NCBI GenBank assembly: GCA_965216175.1
Contig: OZ244140.1
Location: 1,167,126-1,231,125 of the forward strand
DNA: 64,000 nt
From: Balneola sp.
GTDB lineage: Bacteria; Bacteroidota; Rhodothermia; Balneolales; Balneolaceae
Direction: 5' to 3'
Below the pieces are notes generated by a model that worked only from the letters and a program-made list of their open reading frames with translations, was not told where the DNA came from and made no database searches. Shown here one piece after another: positions 20,299 through 28,437 of this stretch. Both the position numbers and the translations under genes were made by a program. Every line of letters begins with the position of its first letter. Positions within the stretch are counted from its first letter, which is position 1.

Positions 20299-20402
20299 TA
20301 AATTTATTTATAGCTTTTTTAAGCTTATTCTTGTTTTACAGAGAATTAAAAGCTAAAAATAAAGAAGACGAATCAACTTCTGATTCTTAGGCTTTAGAGT
20401 CC

Positions 20403-20771
20403 GTGATCAATTCAAACTATGAGGCTGACAAGACTATTAAGTCGATAGATTTTGGAATCAGCTACGATTCTGATCTGGATTTGGCCCGAGTAATAATGAC
20501 GGAAGAAGTTGAAAGCCATCCTAATTTTATAGATGGAAGAACACAACTTCAAATTGATGAGGGAGATCCCTTGGTTCCTGTTCGGCTTATTTCGTTTGGG
20601 GAATCATCTGTAAATCTACGAGCGTGGGCGTGGGCAGAAGATCCGGGGAAAGCTTTTGTAATGGGAACTGATCTTAACGAAAGCATTAAAAAGCGATTCG
20701 ATAGAGAAGGAATCGAAATTCCATTTCCATACAGAACATTGGTTTATAAAGAGGACAAAAAGCAAGACTAG
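20403..20771 (+). pseudogene. mscS: Orphan 3' fragment of mscS
   Basis: First ~18 codons are a diverged homolog (VINSNYEADKTIKSIDFG vs LINSNYTDSKIIKWIDMS); the rest is near-identical to mscS but ends EDKKQD*. Confidence 0.85.
20457..20752 (+). repeat. 296-bp direct repeat, copy 2
   Basis: Matches 17642-17937 with 4 substitutions. Confidence 0.95.
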
Positions 20772-20812
20772 CTTATTTCTGATAGTTGTTTTAAAAACTC
20801 AGTAGCTTCAAA
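20768..20812 (-). pseudogene. Orphan 3' end of an mfd homolog
   Basis: Encodes FEATEFLKQLSEIS* vs the intact Mfd C-terminus FGATEFLKELAGKV*; its stop overlaps the mscS-fragment stop in CTAG. Confidence 0.65.
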
Positions 20813-21147
20813 ATTTATAATTTGAATAAAAAAATGACATCGATTCATCGGTAAAGGCAGGTTTTACTTTTTGTAGTTGAATCAGGTTCATCCTCCTACC
20901 AATGCCCAGGATCTGAGACTTAATTAAGTCCCAAGTATCTTCAAAAAAATTCAGATTTCCTGCATACGCTAGAAGATGAGTAGTTTCCAAAATCTTAGCT
21001 TATCCATCATTTCGCTGAAAGCGGGGTGATGGAGTTTTTATAAAAGGCAAGTTCTATGCCCTAAACCAAGTTCCAACAGCCGTACAAAGCCAGACAGATG
21101 GAAATTGGGAATAGTTCATCGAACCTCTCGCCGGTTGGTATATTTTG

Positions 21148-21266
21148 ACCTCCTCTGTCTCCTCCTGTAACAGGAGGAGTCAGTTATGGAACCCCAATTA
21201 TTTTAAAAGCTTCAAGCCTTTCCTTGTGAAGGAAAGTTGCTGAGGTCGAAAGTTGGTTGAGGGTTC
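21148..21266. repeat. Degenerate REP-like double-hairpin element
   Basis: CTCCTCCTGT-A-ACAGGAGGAG (21159-21179) and CTTTCCTT-GTG-AAGGAAAG (21218-21236), inside loosely complementary GACCTC/GAGGGTTC arms. Confidence 0.5.
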
Positions 21267-21544
21267 AAATTAAAGAATCTTTATTCATCATTTTGCCATA
21301 GGCGAAGTGATCAATATTGGAGGAGATATAGCCGTTGATAAGCTTCCATCAGCCGTACTTCATCCAACAGATGGATGAGTTGCAACAAATTTTCCGAGCC
21401 TGAAGCCTTTTCTTGTTTAAGTCTTATATTTTGAAAGAAAGTTTAAACATGCAGGACATTTACGTCCGTCTGGTTTGCTAAATTTCCTGTTCAAGCGATA
21501 TCAAAGATTATTTTCTAACTCTGGAAGAGTAAAAGTTTGAGCTA

Positions 21545-24500
21545 TTAAACTTTTCCAGCCAACTCCTTCAAAAACTCTGTAGCGCCAAACACATCAGGGA
21601 TATCCTGAATAGCTAACCGTACGGCTTCATTTTTTTGAATAAGTTGAAATTTGTCGGGCTTAACATTCTCCAATCCCTTAAGAATAGACTGAAACTTACC
21701 ACTTTCATAAAAAGCATCTGCAAGCTTAGAATCTGATTTTGGGCACACCGCCCACATTCTTTGTGATCGAATTGTTACTTTGGTAAATAAGCAACGCGAA
21801 GCGAAAAGCTTAATTTTACTTGCCTCGATCAGATATTTAGCCGCTTTTGGTGCGGAGCCAAACCGATCTTCAATTTCTTCTTTCCAATCTTCAATTTCTT
21901 TTTCAGTTTTAGCCTGCGAGAGTTTTCTGTACAGATTAAGTCGCTCCACGTTATCGTTAACATAGTTGTGTGGTAGTAATGCCGACTCATCAAACTCTAC
22001 AACCGTTTCAGGGAGTTCGATTTCAGCTTCAACACCTTCAAACATATCACTGAACTCAGATTCTTTAAGTTCACGAACGGCATCATTCAGGATCTTGGAA
22101 TAAAGCTCAAAGCCAATATCATTGATAAACCCGCTTTGTTCGCCACCTAGAATATTACCTGCTCCACGGATATCCAAATCTCTCATGGCAATATTAAAGC
22201 CTGAACCTAAGTCTGAGAATTCTTCAAGAGCAAGAAGACGTTTTCTAGCTTCAGGAGTTAATGTTTGAATAGGGCGTGTGATCAAATAACAAAATGCTTT
22301 TCTATTGGATCGCCCAACCCGACCTCTAAGCTGATGAAGTTCTGCCAATCCAAAATTATCTGCTTGATTGATAATGATAGTATTGGCATTGGCGATATCG
22401 ATTCCATTTTCAACAATGTTGGTGGAAACCAGCACATCAAATTTATGAGCATAGAAGTCAGTAATAATTTTTTCAAGCTGAGAACCGCTCATTTGTCCAT
22501 GCCCAAACCGAACACGGACATCCGGAACTAAGCGACGAATCATTTCCGCCACTTCTTCAATATTCTTAACTCTGTTATTTATAAAGAAAACCTGACCGCC
22601 TCTGCTCATCTCCTGAAGGATCGCGTCCTTGATCAACTCCTCGTTAAAGCTGTGAATTTCCGTATAAACAGGTTGACGATTGGGGGGAGGAGTATTTATT
22701 ATACTTAAGTCTCTTGCGCCCATTAAAGAGAATTGTAGCGTTCTGGGAATAGGAGTGGCTGTAAGGGTCAATACATCAACAGCAGCTCTGAACTCTTTGA
22801 GCTTTTCTTTGGCTCTTACACCGAATCGCTGCTCTTCATCAACAACAATTAATCCGAGATCTTTAAATTTGATGTCCTTTGAAAGAATACGATGTGTTCC
22901 AATCAATATATCAACTTCACCGGCATCCAGCTTCTTTAAAACTTTAGTTTGCTCTGCTTTTGATCTGAATCTGGATAGAACTTCTATAGAAACTGGAAAT
23001 TTACCCATTCGTTTCTGAAAAGTCTTTGCATGCTGCTCAGCCAGAATGGTAGTTGGAACCAACACTCCAACCTGTTTATGATCCATTACTGCTTTAAAGG
23101 CAGCTCTCACAGCTACCTCAGTTTTACCGAAGCCAACATCACCGCACACCAAACGGTCCATGGGTTGCTCGCTTTGCATATCTTGCTTAACAGCTTGTAT
23201 AGCCAGATCCTGATCCGGAGTTTCTTCGAACTGAAAATTAGCTTCCATTTCGGTCTGCCAGCTGGTGTCATCGCTGAATGAGTAGGCTGTTTGTGCTTTC
23301 CTCTTTGCATATAGAAGAATAAGCTCACGAGCGATATCCTTTACTTTTTTCTTTGTCTGCGCCTTTTTTCTAGCCCATTCTCCTGATCCAAGTTTAGTAA
23401 TTCTAGGTGCAGATCCTTCTTTTCCTGAATATTTTTGGAGTTTATGAAGGCTGCTGACATTAACATAGAGAACAGAATCATCTTTGTACCGGAGCACAAC
23501 AACTTCCTGTTCCGTTTCTTTGACTTGGATATTTTTGAATCCGGCAAACTTACCAATTCCATAATCTACATGAACAACATAATCGCCGATGTTCAGATCT
23601 TTGAGTTCTTTAAATGAAATTCCGCCTTTATGTTTTCGGCGTTTGATCTTAGGACGATAGTAACGGTTAAAGATCTGATGATCTGTATATACACAAAGTT
23701 TAGCCGGTGGGTAAATGAAACCTTCATGTAACGATTCTATCAATAAGGAGTAATCAAATTCTTTAGTACGTTCACCCAGAAGTTCTTCAAATCTTCTTTT
23801 TTGACCATCGTTATCACAACAGATCAAAACGTGATTTCCAGACTGGGTTTGTTGAGCAATGTCTTTACGCAAAAGCTCGAAATTTCCGTGGAAATCCGGT
23901 TGCGGTTTTGAACCTAGTTTGAAGGATTCTTTATCTGCATTTGACGAACCAAATATGATCTCATTTTTAAACTTACTGATACTCTTAAAATATTCTGTAG
24001 CAGATAGATAAAGATTTTCAACATCAGATACTTCTGAATCTTCCAGTTCATTGTATGCAAGTTCAGATTGATGAAAAAACTCTTCAATATTTGCCGAAAT
24101 GAGCTCCGGATTTATCAGAACAAGGGCAGTATCTTCATCAAAATAAGAAAGGAAACTAGACTTCTCTGAATCAGGCAAATTTGTAAGATCCGGAATAAAT
24201 TTAGCTTGATTTAAGAAAGATACTGAACGCTGAGAATCAGCATCAAATTCACGAATTGATTCCAGTTCATCTCCAAAAAATTCAAGACGAATCGGGTACT
24301 CACCAGCAAAAGGATAGACATCAAAAATACCACCACGAACGGCAAAGTCGCCCGGTTCATCTACAAAACGAGTGGGATTATATCCCTGATCAACAAGCCG
24401 TTCTTTAAGTGTATCAAGCTCTAAGGTATCGCCTTTAGAAACAGAAACACTTACTTTATCCAACACATGAGGAGGAGCCACCTTCTCTGAAATTGCAGTA

Positions 24501-24865
24501 GCAGAAGTCATTACTATTTTTTTTCCTCTGCTTTTAATGTCCTCCAAAGCTTCAGATCGAAGTACAAGCGAGCCTGAGTCTACAATCTGGCCTGAATCGT
24601 ATGGCTTATGATTAGTAGATGGAAAGCTGACCAGTTTAGATTTAGAAATTACATTAAGATCTGCCTTTAAAAATCGCTCGTTTTCCTCTGTATCGGTAAT
24701 CACCAAGATATTTTTAAAAGAACTATTGAGCTCATTTATAGCAAAAGAGGTTAAAGAGCCTACACTTTCTCTTACAAAAACACGATTTTTACTTTCTGTG
24801 TATGATAAAAGCTCTGAAAATAAAGGAGTCTCAGATACTTGTTTAACTAAAGTGGTCTTCTTCAT
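21545..24865 (-). CDS. mfd: Transcription-repair coupling factor
   Basis: CarD-like RID (GDYVVHVDYGIG), CGDVGFGKTEVA, VVDEEQRFGV, QLRGRVGRS and a TRCF C-terminus. Confidence 0.97.
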   Translation of the reverse strand: MKKTTLVKQVSETPLFSELLSYTESKNRVFVRESVGSLTSFAINELNSSFKNILVITDTEENERFLKADLNVISKSKLVSFPSTNHKPYDSGQIVDSGSLVLRSEALEDIKSRGKKIVMTSATAISEKVAPPHVLDKVSVSVSKGDTLELDTLKERLVDQGYNPTRFVDEPGDFAVRGGIFDVYPFAGEYPIRLEFFGDELESIREFDADSQRSVSFLNQAKFIPDLTNLPDSEKSSFLSYFDEDTALVLINPELISANIEEFFHQSELAYNELEDSEVSDVENLYLSATEYFKSISKFKNEIIFGSSNADKESFKLGSKPQPDFHGNFELLRKDIAQQTQSGNHVLICCDNDGQKRRFEELLGERTKEFDYSLLIESLHEGFIYPPAKLCVYTDHQIFNRYYRPKIKRRKHKGGISFKELKDLNIGDYVVHVDYGIGKFAGFKNIQVKETEQEVVVLRYKDDSVLYVNVSSLHKLQKYSGKEGSAPRITKLGSGEWARKKAQTKKKVKDIARELILLYAKRKAQTAYSFSDDTSWQTEMEANFQFEETPDQDLAIQAVKQDMQSEQPMDRLVCGDVGFGKTEVAVRAAFKAVMDHKQVGVLVPTTILAEQHAKTFQKRMGKFPVSIEVLSRFRSKAEQTKVLKKLDAGEVDILIGTHRILSKDIKFKDLGLIVVDEEQRFGVRAKEKLKEFRAAVDVLTLTATPIPRTLQFSLMGARDLSIINTPPPNRQPVYTEIHSFNEELIKDAILQEMSRGGQVFFINNRVKNIEEVAEMIRRLVPDVRVRFGHGQMSGSQLEKIITDFYAHKFDVLVSTNIVENGIDIANANTIIINQADNFGLAELHQLRGRVGRSNRKAFCYLITRPIQTLTPEARKRLLALEEFSDLGSGFNIAMRDLDIRGAGNILGGEQSGFINDIGFELYSKILNDAVRELKESEFSDMFEGVEAEIELPETVVEFDESALLPHNYVNDNVERLNLYRKLSQAKTEKEIEDWKEEIEDRFGSAPKAAKYLIEASKIKLFASRCLFTKVTIRSQRMWAVCPKSDSKLADAFYESGKFQSILKGLENVKPDKFQLIQKNEAVRLAIQDIPDVFGATEFLKELAGKV

Positions 24866-24920
24866 GAATAGGTTAAGGAATACGGAAAACTAATTTATGT
24901 TCAAAGGTACGAAAGAAATT

Positions 24921-25015
24921 GAACCGATGAACAAAGGAACTAATGAACTTTGAATATCCAATATCCAACAAGGAACTTTCAATGTTGGATGTTGAACGTT
25001 GGTGATTGGATATTG
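24921..25015. repeat. Short-period degenerate tandem repeats forming an imperfect inverted repeat
   Basis: GAAC recurs every 8 nt (24921, 24929, 24937, 24945), then AATATCC x2, then five 7-mers AATGTTG/GATGTTG/AACGTTG/GTGATTG/GATATTG. Confidence 0.6.
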
Positions 25016-25018
25016 TAA

Positions 25019-26014
25019 TTACGCTTCAACTACACTTCTCAGTACAAATCGATCGGTTACAAAAGCTGCGGTGAAGAGCAGTAATGAAAGCCCTAAATAC
25101 AATGGATATTCATCTTCATAATCTGTATAGATAAGCTCCTCCACTTCTGATTTTTCCAATTCATCGATCTCATTATATACATTAATAAGTTCTTCGGTAT
25201 CCGTTGCACGGTAATATCTTCCGCCTGTTAGTTGAGCAACAGAAGTAAGCATTTCTTCGTCGATATTAACTTCTATATTTTGGTAACGGCGACCAAATAT
25301 TGGATCTTGAATTGGGTAAGGTGCTGTGCCTCTTGTTCCGGCTCCAATGGTGTAGATTTTAATACCGTATGTAACAGCTAGATCAGCTGCTGTCACAGGA
25401 TCAATTTCACCTGCGTTATTCTGTCCATCAGTTAAAAGTATAATCACTTTACTTTTTGTCTCGCTGTCTTTGAGTCTGTTTACAGCCGTTGCAATTCCCA
25501 TTCCAATGGCAGTTCCGTCTTCAATAATTCCCATTTCAAGATCTTCTAATAACTGAGTAAGTAATTTATAATCTAAAGTGGGAGGGACTACAGTAAAGCT
25601 TTTCATAGCAAAAGTTACCAGTCCAATTCTGTCAGAAACTCTTTTCTCTACAAATTCTTTGGCTACTGTTCGGGCTGCTTCAAACCGGTTAGGTTGCAGA
25701 TCTTCAGCTTTCATAGAAGAAGAGATATCAATAACCATAACTATATCAATTCCTTCGGCATTTCTTTCTATTGTAGTAAGCTTTTCCTGTGGGCGAGCTA
25801 AAGCTATTACAAGAAGAGCGAATCCTATCCAGGAGCACAAAGCAGTAAGCCAGTGAATGTGAGATTTCCAATTTCCCGGAAGATTTTCTGCATCTTTTAA
25901 AGATGAGAAAGAGAGAGCAGCGTGTTTTCTTCCAAATTTTCGGTATAAATACATACCTATCAGAAAAGGAAGTATTGCAAATGCCCAAAACCATTCAGGA
26001 TTAGCCCATTCCAT
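25019..26014 (-). CDS. batA: VWA-domain protein BatA
   Basis: N-terminal BatA TM (WFWAFAILP...LARPQ), MIDAS DISSSM, GTAIG, LLTDGQNNAG and TGGRYYRA motifs. Confidence 0.88.
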   Translation of the reverse strand: MEWANPEWFWAFAILPFLIGMYLYRKFGRKHAALSFSSLKDAENLPGNWKSHIHWLTALCSWIGFALLVIALARPQEKLTTIERNAEGIDIVMVIDISSSMKAEDLQPNRFEAARTVAKEFVEKRVSDRIGLVTFAMKSFTVVPPTLDYKLLTQLLEDLEMGIIEDGTAIGMGIATAVNRLKDSETKSKVIILLTDGQNNAGEIDPVTAADLAVTYGIKIYTIGAGTRGTAPYPIQDPIFGRRYQNIEVNIDEEMLTSVAQLTGGRYYRATDTEELINVYNEIDELEKSEVEELIYTDYEDEYPLYLGLSLLLFTAAFVTDRFVLRSVVEA

Positions 26015-26999
26015 ATGATTCCTCCTGCTCAGTTTTAAATTGATTTTCGAATTCAGATTTCAATCGATCAATTCTTTTGCTATCCACAATTCGAGCTCTG
26101 TCTAGGAAAGAATACCCTTCGTGATACGCTTTCCAGGATTGATCTAAAGTTGGAGTAAATTTTGCAAATTTGATCATATCAGCTTCATTCAATACAATTC
26201 GGGTATGTTTTACCATTTCAACATCTACTCCAAATGCATCCATATAGCGTATAACTTCTCTGGTTGTAGATTCCAGAGCAGGGATCTTGTACAATTCTTC
26301 TATATACCATCGTAAAGCATCACCTAATTCGCTGTAGAATTTCTTGTAATCCTTTTGAGGGGTATTGGTGTGTTCTTCTTTAATTCGATTAAGAATGTTT
26401 TCCAATTCTGATAATGGGTTTTGAAAATCCGGTATTACGAAAGGTTCTGTGTGATCAAGTTCCGTGTCTTTAAAATATTTCCACCAAATAAAAAATACTA
26501 TCGCCAGTAGCAGTAAAAACCCAAGAATATAAGGCCAAATAGCAGTAGGGAAATTAAAATTAGGTTTTAAAGGGTTAAACGGATCTTCTTCAGAGGCGAT
26601 AGTTTGTTTATAGGATAATTTTTGAGGATCCGTAAAAAGAAGAGTTGTGTCTGAATTTGCTACGATCTTAATAGGTAGCGGAGGTACGGTGATGTCTTCA
26701 ATAGCAAAAAACTGGAGGCTTAATTCTGAGCTGTCAGAGTTTTCTGAAATTTTAAAATGTTTGGAGGATAAAAACTCAATATCACCAGAAAAGTTAGAAG
26801 AATCAGGGAATATCACTTTATCAAAAGGAGTTGGACTTTTGATAGTAATAGTATAATAGAACACGTCTCCAACAGTCAGAGAATCTGATGGTACGGTAAC
26901 ATTAATTTGTTGAGAGAATCCTGTTGTTGATGTAAATGATAAACAAACAAGGAATAATAGAACTCGAATATATGCCAAAGGGCGATCAACCTCGATCAT
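26001..26999 (-). CDS. Bat-operon membrane protein (usually between DUF58 and batA)
   Basis: Signal peptide, Ig-like region, one TM, ALESTTRE...ADMIKFAKF C-terminus; overlaps the batA start. Confidence 0.7.
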   Translation of the reverse strand: MIEVDRPLAYIRVLLFLVCLSFTSTTGFSQQINVTVPSDSLTVGDVFYYTITIKSPTPFDKVIFPDSSNFSGDIEFLSSKHFKISENSDSSELSLQFFAIEDITVPPLPIKIVANSDTTLLFTDPQKLSYKQTIASEEDPFNPLKPNFNFPTAIWPYILGFLLLLAIVFFIWWKYFKDTELDHTEPFVIPDFQNPLSELENILNRIKEEHTNTPQKDYKKFYSELGDALRWYIEELYKIPALESTTREVIRYMDAFGVDVEMVKHTRIVLNEADMIKFAKFTPTLDQSWKAYHEGYSFLDRARIVDSKRIDRLKSEFENQFKTEQEESYGMG

Positions 27000-27162
27000 T
27001 AAGTATTTTTTTCAGCTTTAATTTGTGTTGAATATAAAAGATTGAGGATAATATAACGGCTTTTATATGCATTGTTTAATCAAATTTACATCTCAAAGAT
27101 TTTATGAAATAATCAGAAATAGTATTAGTTTTTACCAATCATCTGCAAAATAAATTTAATAC

Positions 27163-28437
27163 ATGATTTGGGTTAGAAATTTTCTAGTAGGAATGAGTTT
27201 GGTGTGTCTTTTTCAAGCATGTTCTGTATTTCAGGAACAGGGTTCGAAGACCACAGAATCGGTGACGGTTGAAAACTTTGAAGAGATAAAAGAGCTTCCC
27301 GGGATTGACAACTATGGATTTGTTAAAAACGAAGCAACTATAAAAGAATCCAAAGTAAGAAGGAATGAAAGCCTGTATATAATCCTGAGGTCTTTAGATG
27401 TAACCCCGGAAGAAATTTATTCCATTGAGCAAAAAGCCAAAGGAAAATTTAATACGCGCAGAATTAAGCAAAATCAGAAGTACTATACATATCACGATAC
27501 TGATACCGGTCGTCCTTTAAGAATGATTTTTCATGAGAATGCTACTGATTATGTGATTTTTGACTGGAATGATGGAATAGATGTTCGAACAGGTGCAAAA
27601 GAAATAAGAAAAGAAGTAGCAACTGCATATGGAACTATTGAATCTTCGCTTTATGAAACGTTGGTAAGCCAGGATGTAAACATTTTGGTAGCTAACGGGT
27701 TGAGTGAGATTTTTGGATGGGAGATAGATTTTTTCCGTTTGTACAAAGGTGACAAGTTTAAAGTTATTTACGAAAAGCGTTTTGTTGATGACAAGCCATA
27801 TGGAATTGGGCAAATCATCGCTGCGGAATTTGAGCATCGAGGAGAAATTTACGACGCCTACTTTTACGAGAGTGATGACGCTTATGGTTATTACGATGGG
27901 GTTGGGAATAGTGTGCAAAAGGCATTATTAAAAGCCCCCTTTAAATATTCACAACGTATCAGTTCCAACTTCTCCTATAACCGTTTTCACCCTGTATTGA
28001 AAAGAAGGATGCCACATTATGGAGTAGATTATGCAGCACCAATGGGAACTCCGGTTATTTCTGTAGGTGATGGTGAAATTATTCAATCAAGATATAACGG
28101 GGCAGCCGGAAACATGGTCAAAATCAGGCACAGCTCTACATATTCGACTGCTTATTTACATTTAAATGGATTTGCTTCCGGAATAAAAGAAGGGAGGAAA
28201 GTAAGGCAAGGTCAGGTCATTGGTTACGTTGGGAAAACAGGAAGGGTTACTGGTGTTCACTTGCATTACAATGTATATAAAAATGATAGCCCTGTAAATC
28301 CTGTAAAATTAGTGTTGCCACCTTCGAAAGGAATTTCCAACGAAGAGTTGAAAGATTATCAAGCTTTTATTCTTAACAAAAAACTTGAACTTCAATTGCT
28401 AGGCGAGGAAGAAAGAGTAGCAGAAGCTTCGCTTTAA
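27163..28437 (+). CDS. M23-family peptidoglycan DD-endopeptidase (MepM-like)
   Basis: HYGVDYAAP (HxxxD), YLHL and GVHLHY (HxH) motifs; lipobox-like FQAC. Confidence 0.92.
   Translation: MIWVRNFLVGMSLVCLFQACSVFQEQGSKTTESVTVENFEEIKELPGIDNYGFVKNEATIKESKVRRNESLYIILRSLDVTPEEIYSIEQKAKGKFNTRRIKQNQKYYTYHDTDTGRPLRMIFHENATDYVIFDWNDGIDVRTGAKEIRKEVATAYGTIESSLYETLVSQDVNILVANGLSEIFGWEIDFFRLYKGDKFKVIYEKRFVDDKPYGIGQIIAAEFEHRGEIYDAYFYESDDAYGYYDGVGNSVQKALLKAPFKYSQRISSNFSYNRFHPVLKRRMPHYGVDYAAPMGTPVISVGDGEIIQSRYNGAAGNMVKIRHSSTYSTAYLHLNGFASGIKEGRKVRQGQVIGYVGKTGRVTGVHLHYNVYKNDSPVNPVKLVLPPSKGISNEELKDYQAFILNKKLELQLLGEEERVAEASL

Larger units (their letters stand above)
19212..20390 (+). pseudogene. MauE/DoxX-family membrane protein pseudogene, interrupted by an IS
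   Basis: Hand reconstruction: ATG 19212 MALKKIIDI*SIERLIGLFLFISALAKLLEPQPFSD / IDQL... / EISLGAL... / YAFSFKGITSCGCFGEMFLSDVGIRSILLN-[IS]-LFIAFLSLFLFYRELKAKNKEDESTSDS*. CGCFG is the MauE hallmark. One nonsense codon and several frameshifts. Confidence 0.8.

Noticed and set aside
20808-20990. 60-aa minus-strand ORF
   Set aside because: TTG start and no recognisable motif; probably debris of the degraded insert.
21420-21500. PDGRKCPAC as an IS1595 zinc-ribbon remnant
   Set aside because: Too short, flanked by stops, no TIRs; kept only as part of the degraded-insert finding.
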